Assembly (NCBI GenBank): GCA_964588985.1
Contig: CAZPQW010000001.1
Location: 96,001-160,000, forward strand
Direction: 5' to 3'
Length of the DNA stretch: 64,000 nt
Source: an uncultured Solirubrobacteraceae bacterium
Lineage (GTDB): Bacteria; Actinomycetota; Thermoleophilia; Solirubrobacterales; Solirubrobacteraceae
Below, in pieces: positions 28,032-37,397 of the stretch (within the stretch, counting starts at the first letter, position 1; the number at the start of each line of letters is the position of its first letter). The notes below the pieces were generated by a model that searched no databases, had not been told where the DNA came from, and was given only the letters and a program-made list of their open reading frames with translations. The position numbers were made by a program, and so were the translations under genes.

Positions 28032-29285
28032 ATGCCCGACACGATCGTGATGAAGTTCGGCGGCACCTCCGTCGCGGACGCGGAGCGCATCAAGCGCGCC
28101 GCCAAGCGGATCGTGCGCAAGCGCGAAGAGGGTCACTCGGTCGTGGCGGTGCTCTCCGCGCGCGGCAAGACCACCGACGAGCTGATCGCGATGGCTGAGG
28201 AGGTGTCGAGCACTCCCGACCCGCGCGAGATGGACATGCTGCTGTCCTCCGGTGAGCGGATCTCGTGCGCGCTGTGCGCGATGGCGATCAACGACCTCGG
28301 CCACCGCGCGATCTCGTTGACGGGATCGCAGGCGGGGATCGTGACCGACGAGTCGCACACCAAGGCGCTGATCCTCGACGTGCGCGCGGACCGCATCCGC
28401 GCGGCGCTCGAGGAGGATCACATCGTGCTGGTGGCGGGCTTCCAGGGGGTTTCGCGGACCGCCAAGAACGTCACCACGCTCGGTCGCGGCGGCTCGGACA
28501 CGAGCGCCGTCGCCGTCGCCGCCGCGCTGGGCGCCGAGGTCTGCGAGATCTACACGGACGTGGCGGGGGTGTACTCGGCGGACCCGCGCATCGTGCCGAA
28601 CGCGCGCAAGTTGGAAACAGTGTCGTTCGAGGAGATGCTCGAGATGGCGGCCTCGGGTGCGGGCGTGCTGCAGCTGCGCTCGGTCGAGTACGCACGCAAC
28701 CACGGTGTGCGCATCCACTGCCGCTCATCATTCGACGAGGAGCCGGGCACGATGGTGCTGGCGGAAGGAGAGACGATGGAGCAGCCCCTGATCACAGCGG
28801 TCACCCACTCGGTCGCGGAAGCGCGCGTGACGCTCACGGGCGTGCCGGACACGCCGGGCGCGGCGGCGCGCATCTTCGAGGCGATGGCGCAGGCGAACGT
28901 GAACGTGGACATGATCGTCCAGAACGAGCCGGTCGCCGCGGGCGGACAGGCGGAGATCTCCTTCACCGTTCCCCGCGAGGACCTGCGCGTGGCGTCCACC
29001 GCGCTCGAGCCACTCACGGGCGAGGCGTTCGCGAAGCTGACAACGCACGAGGAGATGGGCAAGGTCTCGATCGTCGGCGCGGGCATGCGCTCGCACCCCG
29101 GTGTCGCGGCGAAGGTGTTCGGCGTGCTCGCCCGCGAAGGCGTGAACATCGACATGATCTCCACCTCTCCGATCAAGATCTCGTGCGTGATAGACCGTGA
29201 CAGCGTGCCGCTCGCGGTGCAGGCGCTGCACAGCGCATTCGAACTGTCAGGCGAGGGCACGGTGAGCGTGGAGGAGTCCTTCTAG
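28032..29285 (+). CDS. ask: Aspartate kinase
   Basis: KFGGTSV, TTLGRGGSD, YSADPR, two ACT domains. Confidence 0.96.
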   Translation: MPDTIVMKFGGTSVADAERIKRAAKRIVRKREEGHSVVAVLSARGKTTDELIAMAEEVSSTPDPREMDMLLSSGERISCALCAMAINDLGHRAISLTGSQAGIVTDESHTKALILDVRADRIRAALEEDHIVLVAGFQGVSRTAKNVTTLGRGGSDTSAVAVAAALGAEVCEIYTDVAGVYSADPRIVPNARKLETVSFEEMLEMAASGAGVLQLRSVEYARNHGVRIHCRSSFDEEPGTMVLAEGETMEQPLITAVTHSVAEARVTLTGVPDTPGAAARIFEAMAQANVNVDMIVQNEPVAAGGQAEISFTVPREDLRVASTALEPLTGEAFAKLTTHEEMGKVSIVGAGMRSHPGVAAKVFGVLAREGVNIDMISTSPIKISCVIDRDSVPLAVQALHSAFELSGEGTVSVEESF

Positions 29286-29379
29286 GTCGAGCAGACCTCC
29301 CGAGAGCGCCGGATTTGTCACAATCCCTCCTCAACGCTCTACGTTGCTCCACTTCAAGGACGAATGGAATATGCGAACC

Positions 29380-29577
29380 ATGAAAAGACCACGTCGATAT
29401 GTGGCAAAGCATTGGCTGATGCTGATGCGTCCGGTTCTGCGCTACAGCGCCGCTCGAGACGCGTATGTTCTACGCGTCGTCGGCCGCCAGACCGGTCCGG
29501 TGCTCCGCGTCGATCGTCGTCCCCGACGGCCGCAGCCGTTCGACGGCGTCGAGCGTCGTCGTACCAGCATCGCCTAG
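29380..29577 (+). CDS. Small basic hypothetical protein
   Basis: MKRPRRYVAKHW...DRR...ERRR; coding-like codon usage. Confidence 0.5.
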   Translation: MKRPRRYVAKHWLMLMRPVLRYSAARDAYVLRVVGRQTGPVLRVDRRPRRPQPFDGVERRRTSIA

Positions 29578-29765
29578 ATTGCCCCCCAACACTTGGCTCT
29601 GGCGTGCGGTAAGCCGGGGCGGTTTGCGCAAGCGCCGGCTGGACACCTGTCCAAGAACTCCCTCCAAATCTCCTACTTCCAACGGGCGTGCGGTTGTTAT
29701 CCTCACGTGAAGTTAAAATGAGCGACATTGCCGATAGAAACAATTGAGATTCAGGAGTTCAACCC

Positions 29766-29990
29766 TTGAGTAGTGCTTTGGCCACGAAGTTGCGGACGGG
29801 TCGTCGGGGAAGCGAGCGCGCGGTGGCTGCCTCTGGCCGCGACACCGCGCGCGTGATCGTCGGTGCGGCGGAGGTGTCTCTGCTGGCAAGGGATCCACAC
29901 CTCGCGGCGCGCGCCATGTGGGTTCTCCTGAGGAGCGACGATCAGGTTCGCCCGCTCGACGGCACGCCCGTAAGTCGCTGTATCGGTTGA
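29766..29990 (+). CDS. Possible small protein
   Basis: AGGAG RBS before TTG, TAAAAT upstream; no homology recognised. Confidence 0.35.
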   Translation: MSSALATKLRTGRRGSERAVAASGRDTARVIVGAAEVSLLARDPHLAARAMWVLLRSDDQVRPLDGTPVSRCIG

Positions 29991-30312
29991 CGGCGGCCCG
30001 ATCGCGACGCCCCGGCGTCGCCCGCTGCTCCCCGGTGGCGCCATTGCGATTGCCTGGGTGAGTTAGGTTGGCAGCAGCGAACAATTCTATTTACAGATAT
30101 CTGCTCGCGACTGTGCGAAGTGTTCGGCTCAGCTTCGTAACGACGTGTGTCCAAGCGGCCTTTTACACCTGAAGCCTTGACCTTTAGCCTGGAATGCGCT
30201 GATATGTGACTCTGGCGATGACCATGAAGTCATCGTTTGGACAGATGTTGACCATCAGGCGGCTGAAGTATCGGGTATCGGCGAGGCCGGTGCCCAACGG
30301 GGGGACGGAGCT

Positions 30313-31815
30313 ATGGACAGCAAAATCGCAGACCCGGGCGTAGCCACGCTTCCGAGTCGTGGGCTGGGCGTCGCACATCGCTTTCGCACGATCGGGACAC
30401 TCGGCTCGAGGGTGCCGATCGCCGAGACCAGGGGGCCCGCGGCGAGCAAACTGCGCGACGCGATCTTCCGCAGGACGCTGCTGGTCGCGGACTCGCTCGC
30501 CATCGTAGGCGCCTTCCTGCTGACGATCACGGTGGCCACGAGGTCGCTGCAGCTCACGTGGGTGGGCATCGCCGCCCTCCCGATCCTCCTGGTGTGCGCG
30601 AAGGTCTCCGGGCTGTACGACCGGGACGAGGCGCTGCTGCGCAAGACGACACTCGACGAGGCGCCCAAGCTGTTCCACGTCGCCACGTTGTGCGCTCTGG
30701 TCGCGTGGCTCGCGGGGGGGCTGGTCGTCACCGGCTCGCTCGACCGTCGCGAGGCCTTGTTCCTGTGGCTCGCCCTCGTCGTTCTGCTGATCCTCATGCG
30801 CACCGCCGCGCGTGCGCTCGCCCTGCGCGTCGCGCCGGCCGAGCGCTGCCTGTTCATCGGGGACGCGGACGCCGCCAGGACGATCCGCTCCAAGCTCGCA
30901 GACCACGGGGGTATCAACGCCAACCTGGTCGCTCATCTCGACCTGGACAAGATCGAGCCGTGGTCGACGGACACTCGTTCGGCCGCCAAGCTCGCGGAGG
31001 TGCGTGAGCTCGCGTGCGACCTCGACATTCACCGTGCGATCGTCGCGCCGAGCAGCGCGGACGCGGGCGAGGTGCTCAACCTGGTGCGGACCCTGAAGGC
31101 GGTGGGCGTACGAGTCAGCGTGCTGCCGAGGCTGCTCGAGGTGGTGGGTTCCTCGGTCGAGTTCGACAACCTTCACGGAGTCACCGTGATGGGCGTCAGG
31201 CGCTTCGAACTGACCCGCTCCTCGGCGGCGGTCAAGCGAGCGTTCGATTTGGCGTGCGCGACGGTCGGGCTGCTTGCGGTCGCGCCCCTGATGCTCGTGG
31301 CCGCGATCGTCATCAAGCTCGACAGCCGCGGTCCGGTCTTCTTCCGCCAGCTGCGCGTGGGACGCCACGGAGAGCACTTCCACATCCTCAAGTTCCGCAC
31401 GATGGTGCCGGAGGCCGAGTCGCTGAAGGCCTCGCTGCGCGATCGCAACGAAGCGCAGGAGGGGCTCTTCAAGATCGCCGACGATCCGCGGGTGACCCGT
31501 GTGGGCAGCTTCCTGCGCAAGTCGGCGCTGGACGAGATGCCACAGCTCCTGAACATCCTCAAAGGCGACATGAGCCTCGTCGGGCCCCGGCCGCTGATCG
31601 TCGAGGAGGACATGCGCGTCGAGGGATGGCACCGTCGGCGCCTCGAGTTGACGCCGGGCATGACCGGGCACTGGCAGATCCTTGGGCCGGCACGGGTGCC
31701 CCTGGCCGAGATGGTGGCCATCGACTACCTGTACGTGGCCAACTGGTCGCTGTGGACGGATTTCAAGATCCTGCTGCGCACCGTCCCCTACGTGATGGGG
31801 CGCCGTGGGCTGTGA
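30313..31815 (+). CDS. Priming polyprenyl-phosphate glycosylphosphotransferase (WcaJ/CpsE type)
   Basis: N-terminal TMs; KRAFD, KFRTM, DPRVT.VG.FLRK..LDEMPQL.N.LKGDMSLVGPRP, PGMTG.WQ. Confidence 0.93.
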   Translation: MDSKIADPGVATLPSRGLGVAHRFRTIGTLGSRVPIAETRGPAASKLRDAIFRRTLLVADSLAIVGAFLLTITVATRSLQLTWVGIAALPILLVCAKVSGLYDRDEALLRKTTLDEAPKLFHVATLCALVAWLAGGLVVTGSLDRREALFLWLALVVLLILMRTAARALALRVAPAERCLFIGDADAARTIRSKLADHGGINANLVAHLDLDKIEPWSTDTRSAAKLAEVRELACDLDIHRAIVAPSSADAGEVLNLVRTLKAVGVRVSVLPRLLEVVGSSVEFDNLHGVTVMGVRRFELTRSSAAVKRAFDLACATVGLLAVAPLMLVAAIVIKLDSRGPVFFRQLRVGRHGEHFHILKFRTMVPEAESLKASLRDRNEAQEGLFKIADDPRVTRVGSFLRKSALDEMPQLLNILKGDMSLVGPRPLIVEEDMRVEGWHRRRLELTPGMTGHWQILGPARVPLAEMVAIDYLYVANWSLWTDFKILLRTVPYVMGRRGL

Positions 31816-31819
31816 GGCG

Positions 31820-32422
31820 ATGACGTCGATCTCGATCGAGGCTCAGCCCGATGCGGAGCAGATCGCGAGCGTGCGTGTGTCGCAGGCCATCAGGCGCGCC
31901 CAGCTTGGAGATTGCGAGGCGTTCGGGTTCCTATACGCGCGCTACGCCGACGACATCCACGGCTACGTGCGGAGCATCGTCAGAGACCAGCACGAGGCCG
32001 AAGACGTGACGCAGCAGGTGTTCGCGAAGCTGATCCACGCGATCGGGAAATACGAGGAGCGTCGCGTGCCGTTCTTCGCGTGGCTCCTGCGGGTGGCGCG
32101 CAATCTCGCGATCGACCACCTGCGCGGCCAGCGGATGATCCCCGTGGAGGAGGTCAGGATGAGCGACGAGGGCAGTGGCGACCCGGCCGGCGGCAGGCCG
32201 ATGGCCGATCTCCAGGACGCTCTCTCGACGCTGCCCAGCGATCAGCGGGAGGTGCTAGTCCTACGTCACTTCGCCGGCCTTTCGCCGATGGAGATCGCGG
32301 CGCGAACAGGCCGATCGGAAGGGTCGATTCACGGCCTTCACCATCGTGGTCGCAGGGCGCTCAGGGTCGAGCTGACAAGTCGCGGCGCGGCCCCGGCGAC
32401 GATGTCGCCCAAACGCCCGTAG
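31820..32422 (+). CDS. ECF sigma factor
   Basis: AFGFLYARY, EAEDVTQQVF, WLLRVARN, LPSDQREVL. Confidence 0.9.
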   Translation: MTSISIEAQPDAEQIASVRVSQAIRRAQLGDCEAFGFLYARYADDIHGYVRSIVRDQHEAEDVTQQVFAKLIHAIGKYEERRVPFFAWLLRVARNLAIDHLRGQRMIPVEEVRMSDEGSGDPAGGRPMADLQDALSTLPSDQREVLVLRHFAGLSPMEIAARTGRSEGSIHGLHHRGRRALRVELTSRGAAPATMSPKRP

Positions 32423-32478
32423 CCCGCGGCGACGCCTGTAGAGGGCGGGCGCTCAGGACGCCACGCCGCCCCGGTCGC

Positions 32479-32742
32479 TCACGATCCGGCCGCCTGCTCG
32501 AGCTTGGTGGCGATCAGCCCGGAGATCCGCTCGATGGAGCCGAAGTTGCTCGGCACGACGTCGGCGTCGCCGATCGCGATGCCGTACTCCGACTCCAGCC
32601 ACGCCACCATCCGCAGCAGCAGCATCGAGTCGATCACATGCTGCTCGATCAGGGGCAGCTCGTCGGTGAGCTCCGCGCGAGGCCCGTCCCAGTTGGCCTC
32701 TTCGATCAGGAAGTCTCGGATCCGCTCCGCTTGTTGGGTCAT
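32479..32742 (-). CDS. Stand-alone acyl/peptidyl carrier protein
   Basis: IDSM phosphopantetheine motif, E..YGI.I, NFGSI; 87 aa. Confidence 0.9.
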   Translation of the reverse strand: MTQQAERIRDFLIEEANWDGPRAELTDELPLIEQHVIDSMLLLRMVAWLESEYGIAIGDADVVPSNFGSIERISGLIATKLEQAAGS

Positions 32743-32766
32743 GCCTGGTTGCCCCTTTGGTTGAAG

Positions 32767-34323
32767 CTACTGCTGCAAGGCCCGCCGGTCGATCTTTCCG
32801 GTCGACGATTTCGGCAGCTCCGGTCGGAGCTCGATCTCGTCGGGGATCATATGGCTCGGCAGCCGCTCGCGGCACAGGCGGGCGATCCGTGCCTCGGTGA
32901 TCGGTGTGCCGGTCACGACGAACGCCTTCAGGCGATTTGTGATCGTCTCGTCCGGCACGGCTATCACGGCCGCCTCGACCACGCCCTCGATCGCGCTCAG
33001 CGCCGCTTCGATCTCGCCGAGCTCCACGCGGTATCCGCGCGTCTTGATCTGCGAGTCGCGACGGCCGGCGAACAGCAGCTCGCCGTCGGAGCGCCGGCGC
33101 ACGAGATCGCCGGTGCGGTAGTGGCGAATGCCGTCCTCCGAGTGCAGCGCGCGAGCCGTCCGCTCTGCATCGTTCCAGTAGCCGTGCATCACCGTCGGGC
33201 CTCCGATCACGAGCTCGCCCAGCTCACCGTCGGGCGCGGGGGTCCCATCCTCGAGCTCGATCGCCGCGCTCACGCCGGGCAGCGGCACGCCGATCGGCAG
33301 CTCGGCCGTGGGCGGGTGCTCGCGCGGCACCTCGTGCCACGTGCATACGTTGGTCTCGGTCGGGCCGTAGAAGTTGAGATACCTGGGCATCGGCACCAGC
33401 TCCATCAGGCGCGCGAGGTACTTGATCGGGAACACCTCGCCGGCGAAGATCACCACGCGCAGCGCCGGCAGCGGCGTCTCCTCGAGCTCCCCGCGGAGCA
33501 CCAGCGCGGTGAGCGCGGAGGGCACCGAGTACCAGACCGTGATCGTCTGCTCGGCGATGAAGCGCGTGAGCATCACCGGGAAGATCGACAGGTCGCGCGG
33601 GACGAGCACCACCGCCGCGCCGCCGTGGGCGGCCGCGAACAGGTCGAAGGTGGAGAGGTCGAAGTGAAACGGCGCGTGGCTCGAGAGTCGATCCTCCGGC
33701 GTCACACCCACCTCGCGCGCGGCCCAGTCGACGAACGCGAGGCAGTTCGCGTGCGAGAGCATCACGCCCTTCGGCTCGCCGGTCGAGCCTGAGGTGTAGA
33801 GGATGTAGGCGAGCGCGTCGGGGTCGCTCGCGACGGGTGGGGCCTCGGGTGCGAAGGCCTCGACCGCGCTCCAGGACAGCCACTCCACGCCTCCCTTCGC
33901 GTCGCGGCCCTCGGCATCGCCCCCGCCAGCGCCGGCGCCAACGATCGTCTCGAGCGGCACGCCCTGGGCGAGCAGCTCTCTGCACACGCCAGCCCTCGCG
34001 TCCGAGCTCACGACGCAGCGCATACCCGCGTCGCGCGCGATGTAGGCGAGGCGGTGCACGGGCGCCTGGTCGTCGAGCGGCACGTACACCGCGCCCGCCT
34101 TCAGCACGCCGTAGATCGCGATCACCGCCTCGATCGACTTCTCGAGCGCCAGCCCAACGCGATCTCCGGGCGCGACGCCACGGGCGGCCAGCGCAGCGGC
34201 GAGGCTGCTGGACCGCGCGTCGAGCTCGGCGTAGGACAGCTCGCGCTCCCCATCGACCACCGCGATCCGCGCGCCCCCGCTCCGCGCCGCTGCGGAGAGA
34301 AGATCGTGAACCACGGCGCTCAC
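32767..34323 (-). CDS. Stand-alone adenylation enzyme, probable L-prolyl-carrier ligase (PltF/RedM/CloN4-like)
   Basis: YTSGSTGEPKG, YGPTETNVC, YRTGD, PKSSTGK; manual code DLFYIAFVCK close to proline stand-alone codes. Confidence 0.82.
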   Translation of the reverse strand: MSAVVHDLLSAAARSGGARIAVVDGERELSYAELDARSSSLAAALAARGVAPGDRVGLALEKSIEAVIAIYGVLKAGAVYVPLDDQAPVHRLAYIARDAGMRCVVSSDARAGVCRELLAQGVPLETIVGAGAGGGDAEGRDAKGGVEWLSWSAVEAFAPEAPPVASDPDALAYILYTSGSTGEPKGVMLSHANCLAFVDWAAREVGVTPEDRLSSHAPFHFDLSTFDLFAAAHGGAAVVLVPRDLSIFPVMLTRFIAEQTITVWYSVPSALTALVLRGELEETPLPALRVVIFAGEVFPIKYLARLMELVPMPRYLNFYGPTETNVCTWHEVPREHPPTAELPIGVPLPGVSAAIELEDGTPAPDGELGELVIGGPTVMHGYWNDAERTARALHSEDGIRHYRTGDLVRRRSDGELLFAGRRDSQIKTRGYRVELGEIEAALSAIEGVVEAAVIAVPDETITNRLKAFVVTGTPITEARIARLCRERLPSHMIPDEIELRPELPKSSTGKIDRRALQQ

Positions 34324-35501
34324 AGCCCGAGGTGGCGCGCGATCACGTTGCGCTGCATCTCCGAGGTTCCCGAGTAGATCCGCGAGCCGAGCGCGTCGCG
34401 CACGTCGCGCTCGAGCCCGGTCTCGGTCATGTAACCCGAGCCGCCGTGTACCTGCAGCGCGTCGAGGCTCGACTGTACGAGCGCCTCGCTCAGGTGCAGC
34501 TTCGTCATCGCCGCGTCCAGGTCGGTTGCGGCGCCGGCGTCGAGCAGGGCCGCGATCCGATACAGCATCAGGTGAGAGGTCTGCAGGCGCAGGCGCATGT
34601 CCGCAAGCGGGTGCGAGACCGCCTGGAAGGAGCCGATCGGCGCGCGGAACTGGACGCGCTCGCGCGCATACGCGACGCAACGCTCGAGCTGGCGGCGCAT
34701 CGTGCCGACCGCGGCCGCGAGGATCAGGCTGCGCTCCCAGCGCATGGAGCTGTTGAAGATCGCCATCCCGCCGCCCGGCTCCCCAAGCAGCGCGTCGGCG
34801 CCCACGTGGCAGTCGGCGAGGAACAGCTCGCCAAGATGCGACGTTCGCAGCCCCATCTTCGAGAACGGCGAGCCGATCTCCAGCCCCGGCGCTCCACGCT
34901 CCACCACGAACGCGCACAGGCCCGCGAACCCGAGACGCACGTCGGTGGTCGCGAACACTATGAACAGATCGCTGTCGGGGGCGTTGGTGACGAACGTCTT
35001 CGAGCCGTTGAGCAGCCAGCCGTCGTCTGTGGGCGCAGCGGTCGTGCGCAGAGCAAACGCGTCCGAGCCCGATTCCGGCTCGGTCATGCCGTGCGCGGCG
35101 AGCAGCGAGCCGTCGCACAGCCCAGGCAGCCAGCGGCGCTTCTGCTCCTCGGTGCCGAAGTGCACGATCGGCATCTCGCACGCCCACATGTGCGCGTTCA
35201 ACGAGAAGATCAGCCCGTTGTCTGGGCAGCCGTAGCCGAGACCTTCGAGCGCCGCCGCGATCGTCGTCGCCGACGCGCCGAGGCCGCCGTACGCGGGGGG
35301 GACCGGCAGGCCCTGCAGGCCGAGCTGGGCGCACTTGAGCCACTCCTCCTTGGAGAACGTCCCCTCGTGGTCGCGGCGGTCGAGATCGTGGCCGAGCTGG
35401 CTCTGGGCGAAGGCGACGATCGACCGTTGCAGGGAGCGCTGCTCCTCGTCCAGAGGGTCGGGGTGAAGCGCGATCGCGCTCTGCGCTGTGGGGTTGCTCA
35501 T
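34320..35501 (-). CDS. Acyl-CoA dehydrogenase-like, probable prolyl-carrier dehydrogenase (PltE/RedW/CloN3/AnaB-like)
   Basis: LGYGCPDNGLIFSLNAHMWAC, TEPESGSD, IYSGTSEMQ; coupled to A enzyme and carrier. Confidence 0.82.
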   Translation of the reverse strand: MSNPTAQSAIALHPDPLDEEQRSLQRSIVAFAQSQLGHDLDRRDHEGTFSKEEWLKCAQLGLQGLPVPPAYGGLGASATTIAAALEGLGYGCPDNGLIFSLNAHMWACEMPIVHFGTEEQKRRWLPGLCDGSLLAAHGMTEPESGSDAFALRTTAAPTDDGWLLNGSKTFVTNAPDSDLFIVFATTDVRLGFAGLCAFVVERGAPGLEIGSPFSKMGLRTSHLGELFLADCHVGADALLGEPGGGMAIFNSSMRWERSLILAAAVGTMRRQLERCVAYARERVQFRAPIGSFQAVSHPLADMRLRLQTSHLMLYRIAALLDAGAATDLDAAMTKLHLSEALVQSSLDALQVHGGSGYMTETGLERDVRDALGSRIYSGTSEMQRNVIARHLGL

Positions 35502-36400
35502 CGTGGGGCGGGGGCGGCGCTCGCCGGACGGGCCGGCATCAGGTAACGGGCGTAGGTCGTAAACGGACGGTAGCCGAGCCCCAGCCACACCGGAGCGCCG
35601 AGCCCCGAGGTCTGACACAGTGACAGTCGCGCGCCGAGCTCGCGGTAGCTGAGCTCGAGCGCCGCCCACAGGCAGCTCTGCGCGAGTCCGCGGCGCTCAC
35701 CCGGAGGGCCGGAGCGCGGAAGTCGCTGCCCCGGCTTCGGCCGGCGGATCGTCGCGGCCTGGCAGCCGAGGGCAACCTCGTGTGTGACGAGCGTCATCGC
35801 GGCTGACAGCGGCATGTCGTCGTAGTAGGCGACGAACGCCGCCACGTTCGGAACGTCGAGACTGTCCGGATCGAAGAACACCTTCGCCGCGACCTCACGC
35901 GGCATCGACGCCATCCCCCAAGCGTCGGCGACGAGGTCGAGGTAGTCCTCGCGCGTGCGCGCGTCCGCGGCGCGCCTGATCTCGACGCCGTCCGGCGGCG
36001 GCACGTACTCGGGCAGCTGCTCGAGCACCAGCTCCGGGAGGCGCTCCAGCTCGTGCAGCCCCTGTTGTGTCGCGGTGCGCTCCAGGTCGCCGTCGCCGTG
36101 CTCGCGCGCCCACAGCGCGTAGCCGCTCTTGCGCGGCCCGAAGAAGCTGTCGGCCAGGCGCAGGACCTCCTGCGGGCTCAGGGCCTCGCTGAGGCGCAGC
36201 GCGCCGTTGCGGTAGGGGTTCGGCTGCCGGTGGGCGCCGGCGAACAGGAGAAGCCCGTCCTCCTCGGCGAGCGCGCCTCCGTAGCGCGCGAGATACCGAA
36301 GGTACTCGGCCAGCGTCAAGTCGGCCAGGACGAGCAGATCTTTGCGCGCGCTCAGCTCGTCCGTGGCTGGCGTGTGCACTGCAGTTGCCCGCGTGTCCAC
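35498..36400 (-). CDS. GNAT-like acyltransferase
   Basis: C-terminal AT...RRGLA...L.TS.LG.PVW..LGY resembles GNAT motifs A/B, with an insertion. Confidence 0.55.
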   Translation of the reverse strand: MDTRATAVHTPATDELSARKDLLVLADLTLAEYLRYLARYGGALAEEDGLLLFAGAHRQPNPYRNGALRLSEALSPQEVLRLADSFFGPRKSGYALWAREHGDGDLERTATQQGLHELERLPELVLEQLPEYVPPPDGVEIRRAADARTREDYLDLVADAWGMASMPREVAAKVFFDPDSLDVPNVAAFVAYYDDMPLSAAMTLVTHEVALGCQAATIRRPKPGQRLPRSGPPGERRGLAQSCLWAALELSYRELGARLSLCQTSGLGAPVWLGLGYRPFTTYARYLMPARPASAAPAPR

Positions 36401-36497
36401 CGTCGCGTGATCGTAGTGGATACGTGGATGCGACGAATGTCCATTGGAGACGATTGTCCATTACGATATGTGTGTGCTAGAGGGAACTAGCTCCGAC

Positions 36498-37397
36498 TTG
36501 TCGGTCGAGGGGGGGCCGCCGAGTGACACTTCACGTTCGCGTGAGGGGGCGGCTGTGCGGCCGCGCGAGCCCCGTCCCGAGATCTGGTTCCACCGCAAGG
36601 TCAACTTCATCTCCGCGGTAAAGGAGCTGTGGCGCTTTCGCGAGCTGACGGTCACGCTTGCCGAGCGCGATCTGCGCGTCCGCTACAAGCAGGCGGTGCT
36701 CGGTGTGGCATGGGCGGTTGTGGCGCCGGTGGTGATGATGATCGCCTTCAGCGTGCTCATCAATCGCGTCACGAAGATCAACACCGGGGGCGCGCCGTAC
36801 CCGCTGTTCTCATATCTGGGGCTGCTGCCGTGGACGTTCTTCTCCAGCTCCCTGTCCACCGGCGGCCTCAGCCTGGTCTCCAACAACGAACTCCTCAACA
36901 AGCTCTACTGCCCGCGCGAGGTCTTCCCGATCGCCGCCATCGCCGACGCCGCCGTCGACGCGGTGATCGCCACGTGCGTGCTGGCGGTCCTTTTCCCGAT
37001 CGAGGGATTTGCCCCAAGGGCCGAGATCTTCTACGTGCCGCTGCTCCTGGTCGTGATGCTGATGTTCACCCTCGGCGTGACGCTTGCCGTGTCCGCAATC
37101 GTCGTATACGCCCGTGACCTGCGCCTGGTGCTGCCGCTCGCGATCCAGGTGGGGTTGTTCGTCACGCCGGTCGTCTACAGCACGGGATCGATCACCAGCT
37201 CAAAACCGCTCCTGCTCTTGTTCTCGGCGATCAACCCGCTGGTGCCGGTGATCGACGGCATGCGCGCCACGATCCTCACCGGCAATGCGCCGGAATGGGC
37301 TTCGCTGGGCGTCGGCGCGGGCAGCGCGCTGATCTTCCTGCTCGGCGGGTTCCTGCTGTTCAAGCGCCTCGAGACGGGGATGGCCGACATTGCGTGA
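36498..37397 (+). CDS. wzm: ABC-2 glycan flippase permease (Wzm/TagG type)
   Basis: RDLRVRYKQAVLGVAW, LLPWTFFS, TPVVY, NPL; start uncertain (36444-36555). Confidence 0.9.
   Translation: MSVEGGPPSDTSRSREGAAVRPREPRPEIWFHRKVNFISAVKELWRFRELTVTLAERDLRVRYKQAVLGVAWAVVAPVVMMIAFSVLINRVTKINTGGAPYPLFSYLGLLPWTFFSSSLSTGGLSLVSNNELLNKLYCPREVFPIAAIADAAVDAVIATCVLAVLFPIEGFAPRAEIFYVPLLLVVMLMFTLGVTLAVSAIVVYARDLRLVLPLAIQVGLFVTPVVYSTGSITSSKPLLLLFSAINPLVPVIDGMRATILTGNAPEWASLGVGAGSALIFLLGGFLLFKRLETGMADIA

Noticed and set aside
29578-30312. Riboswitch upstream of the sugar transferase
   Set aside because: No c-di-GMP, SAM, TPP or cobalamin consensus recognised by eye; an Rfam scan is needed
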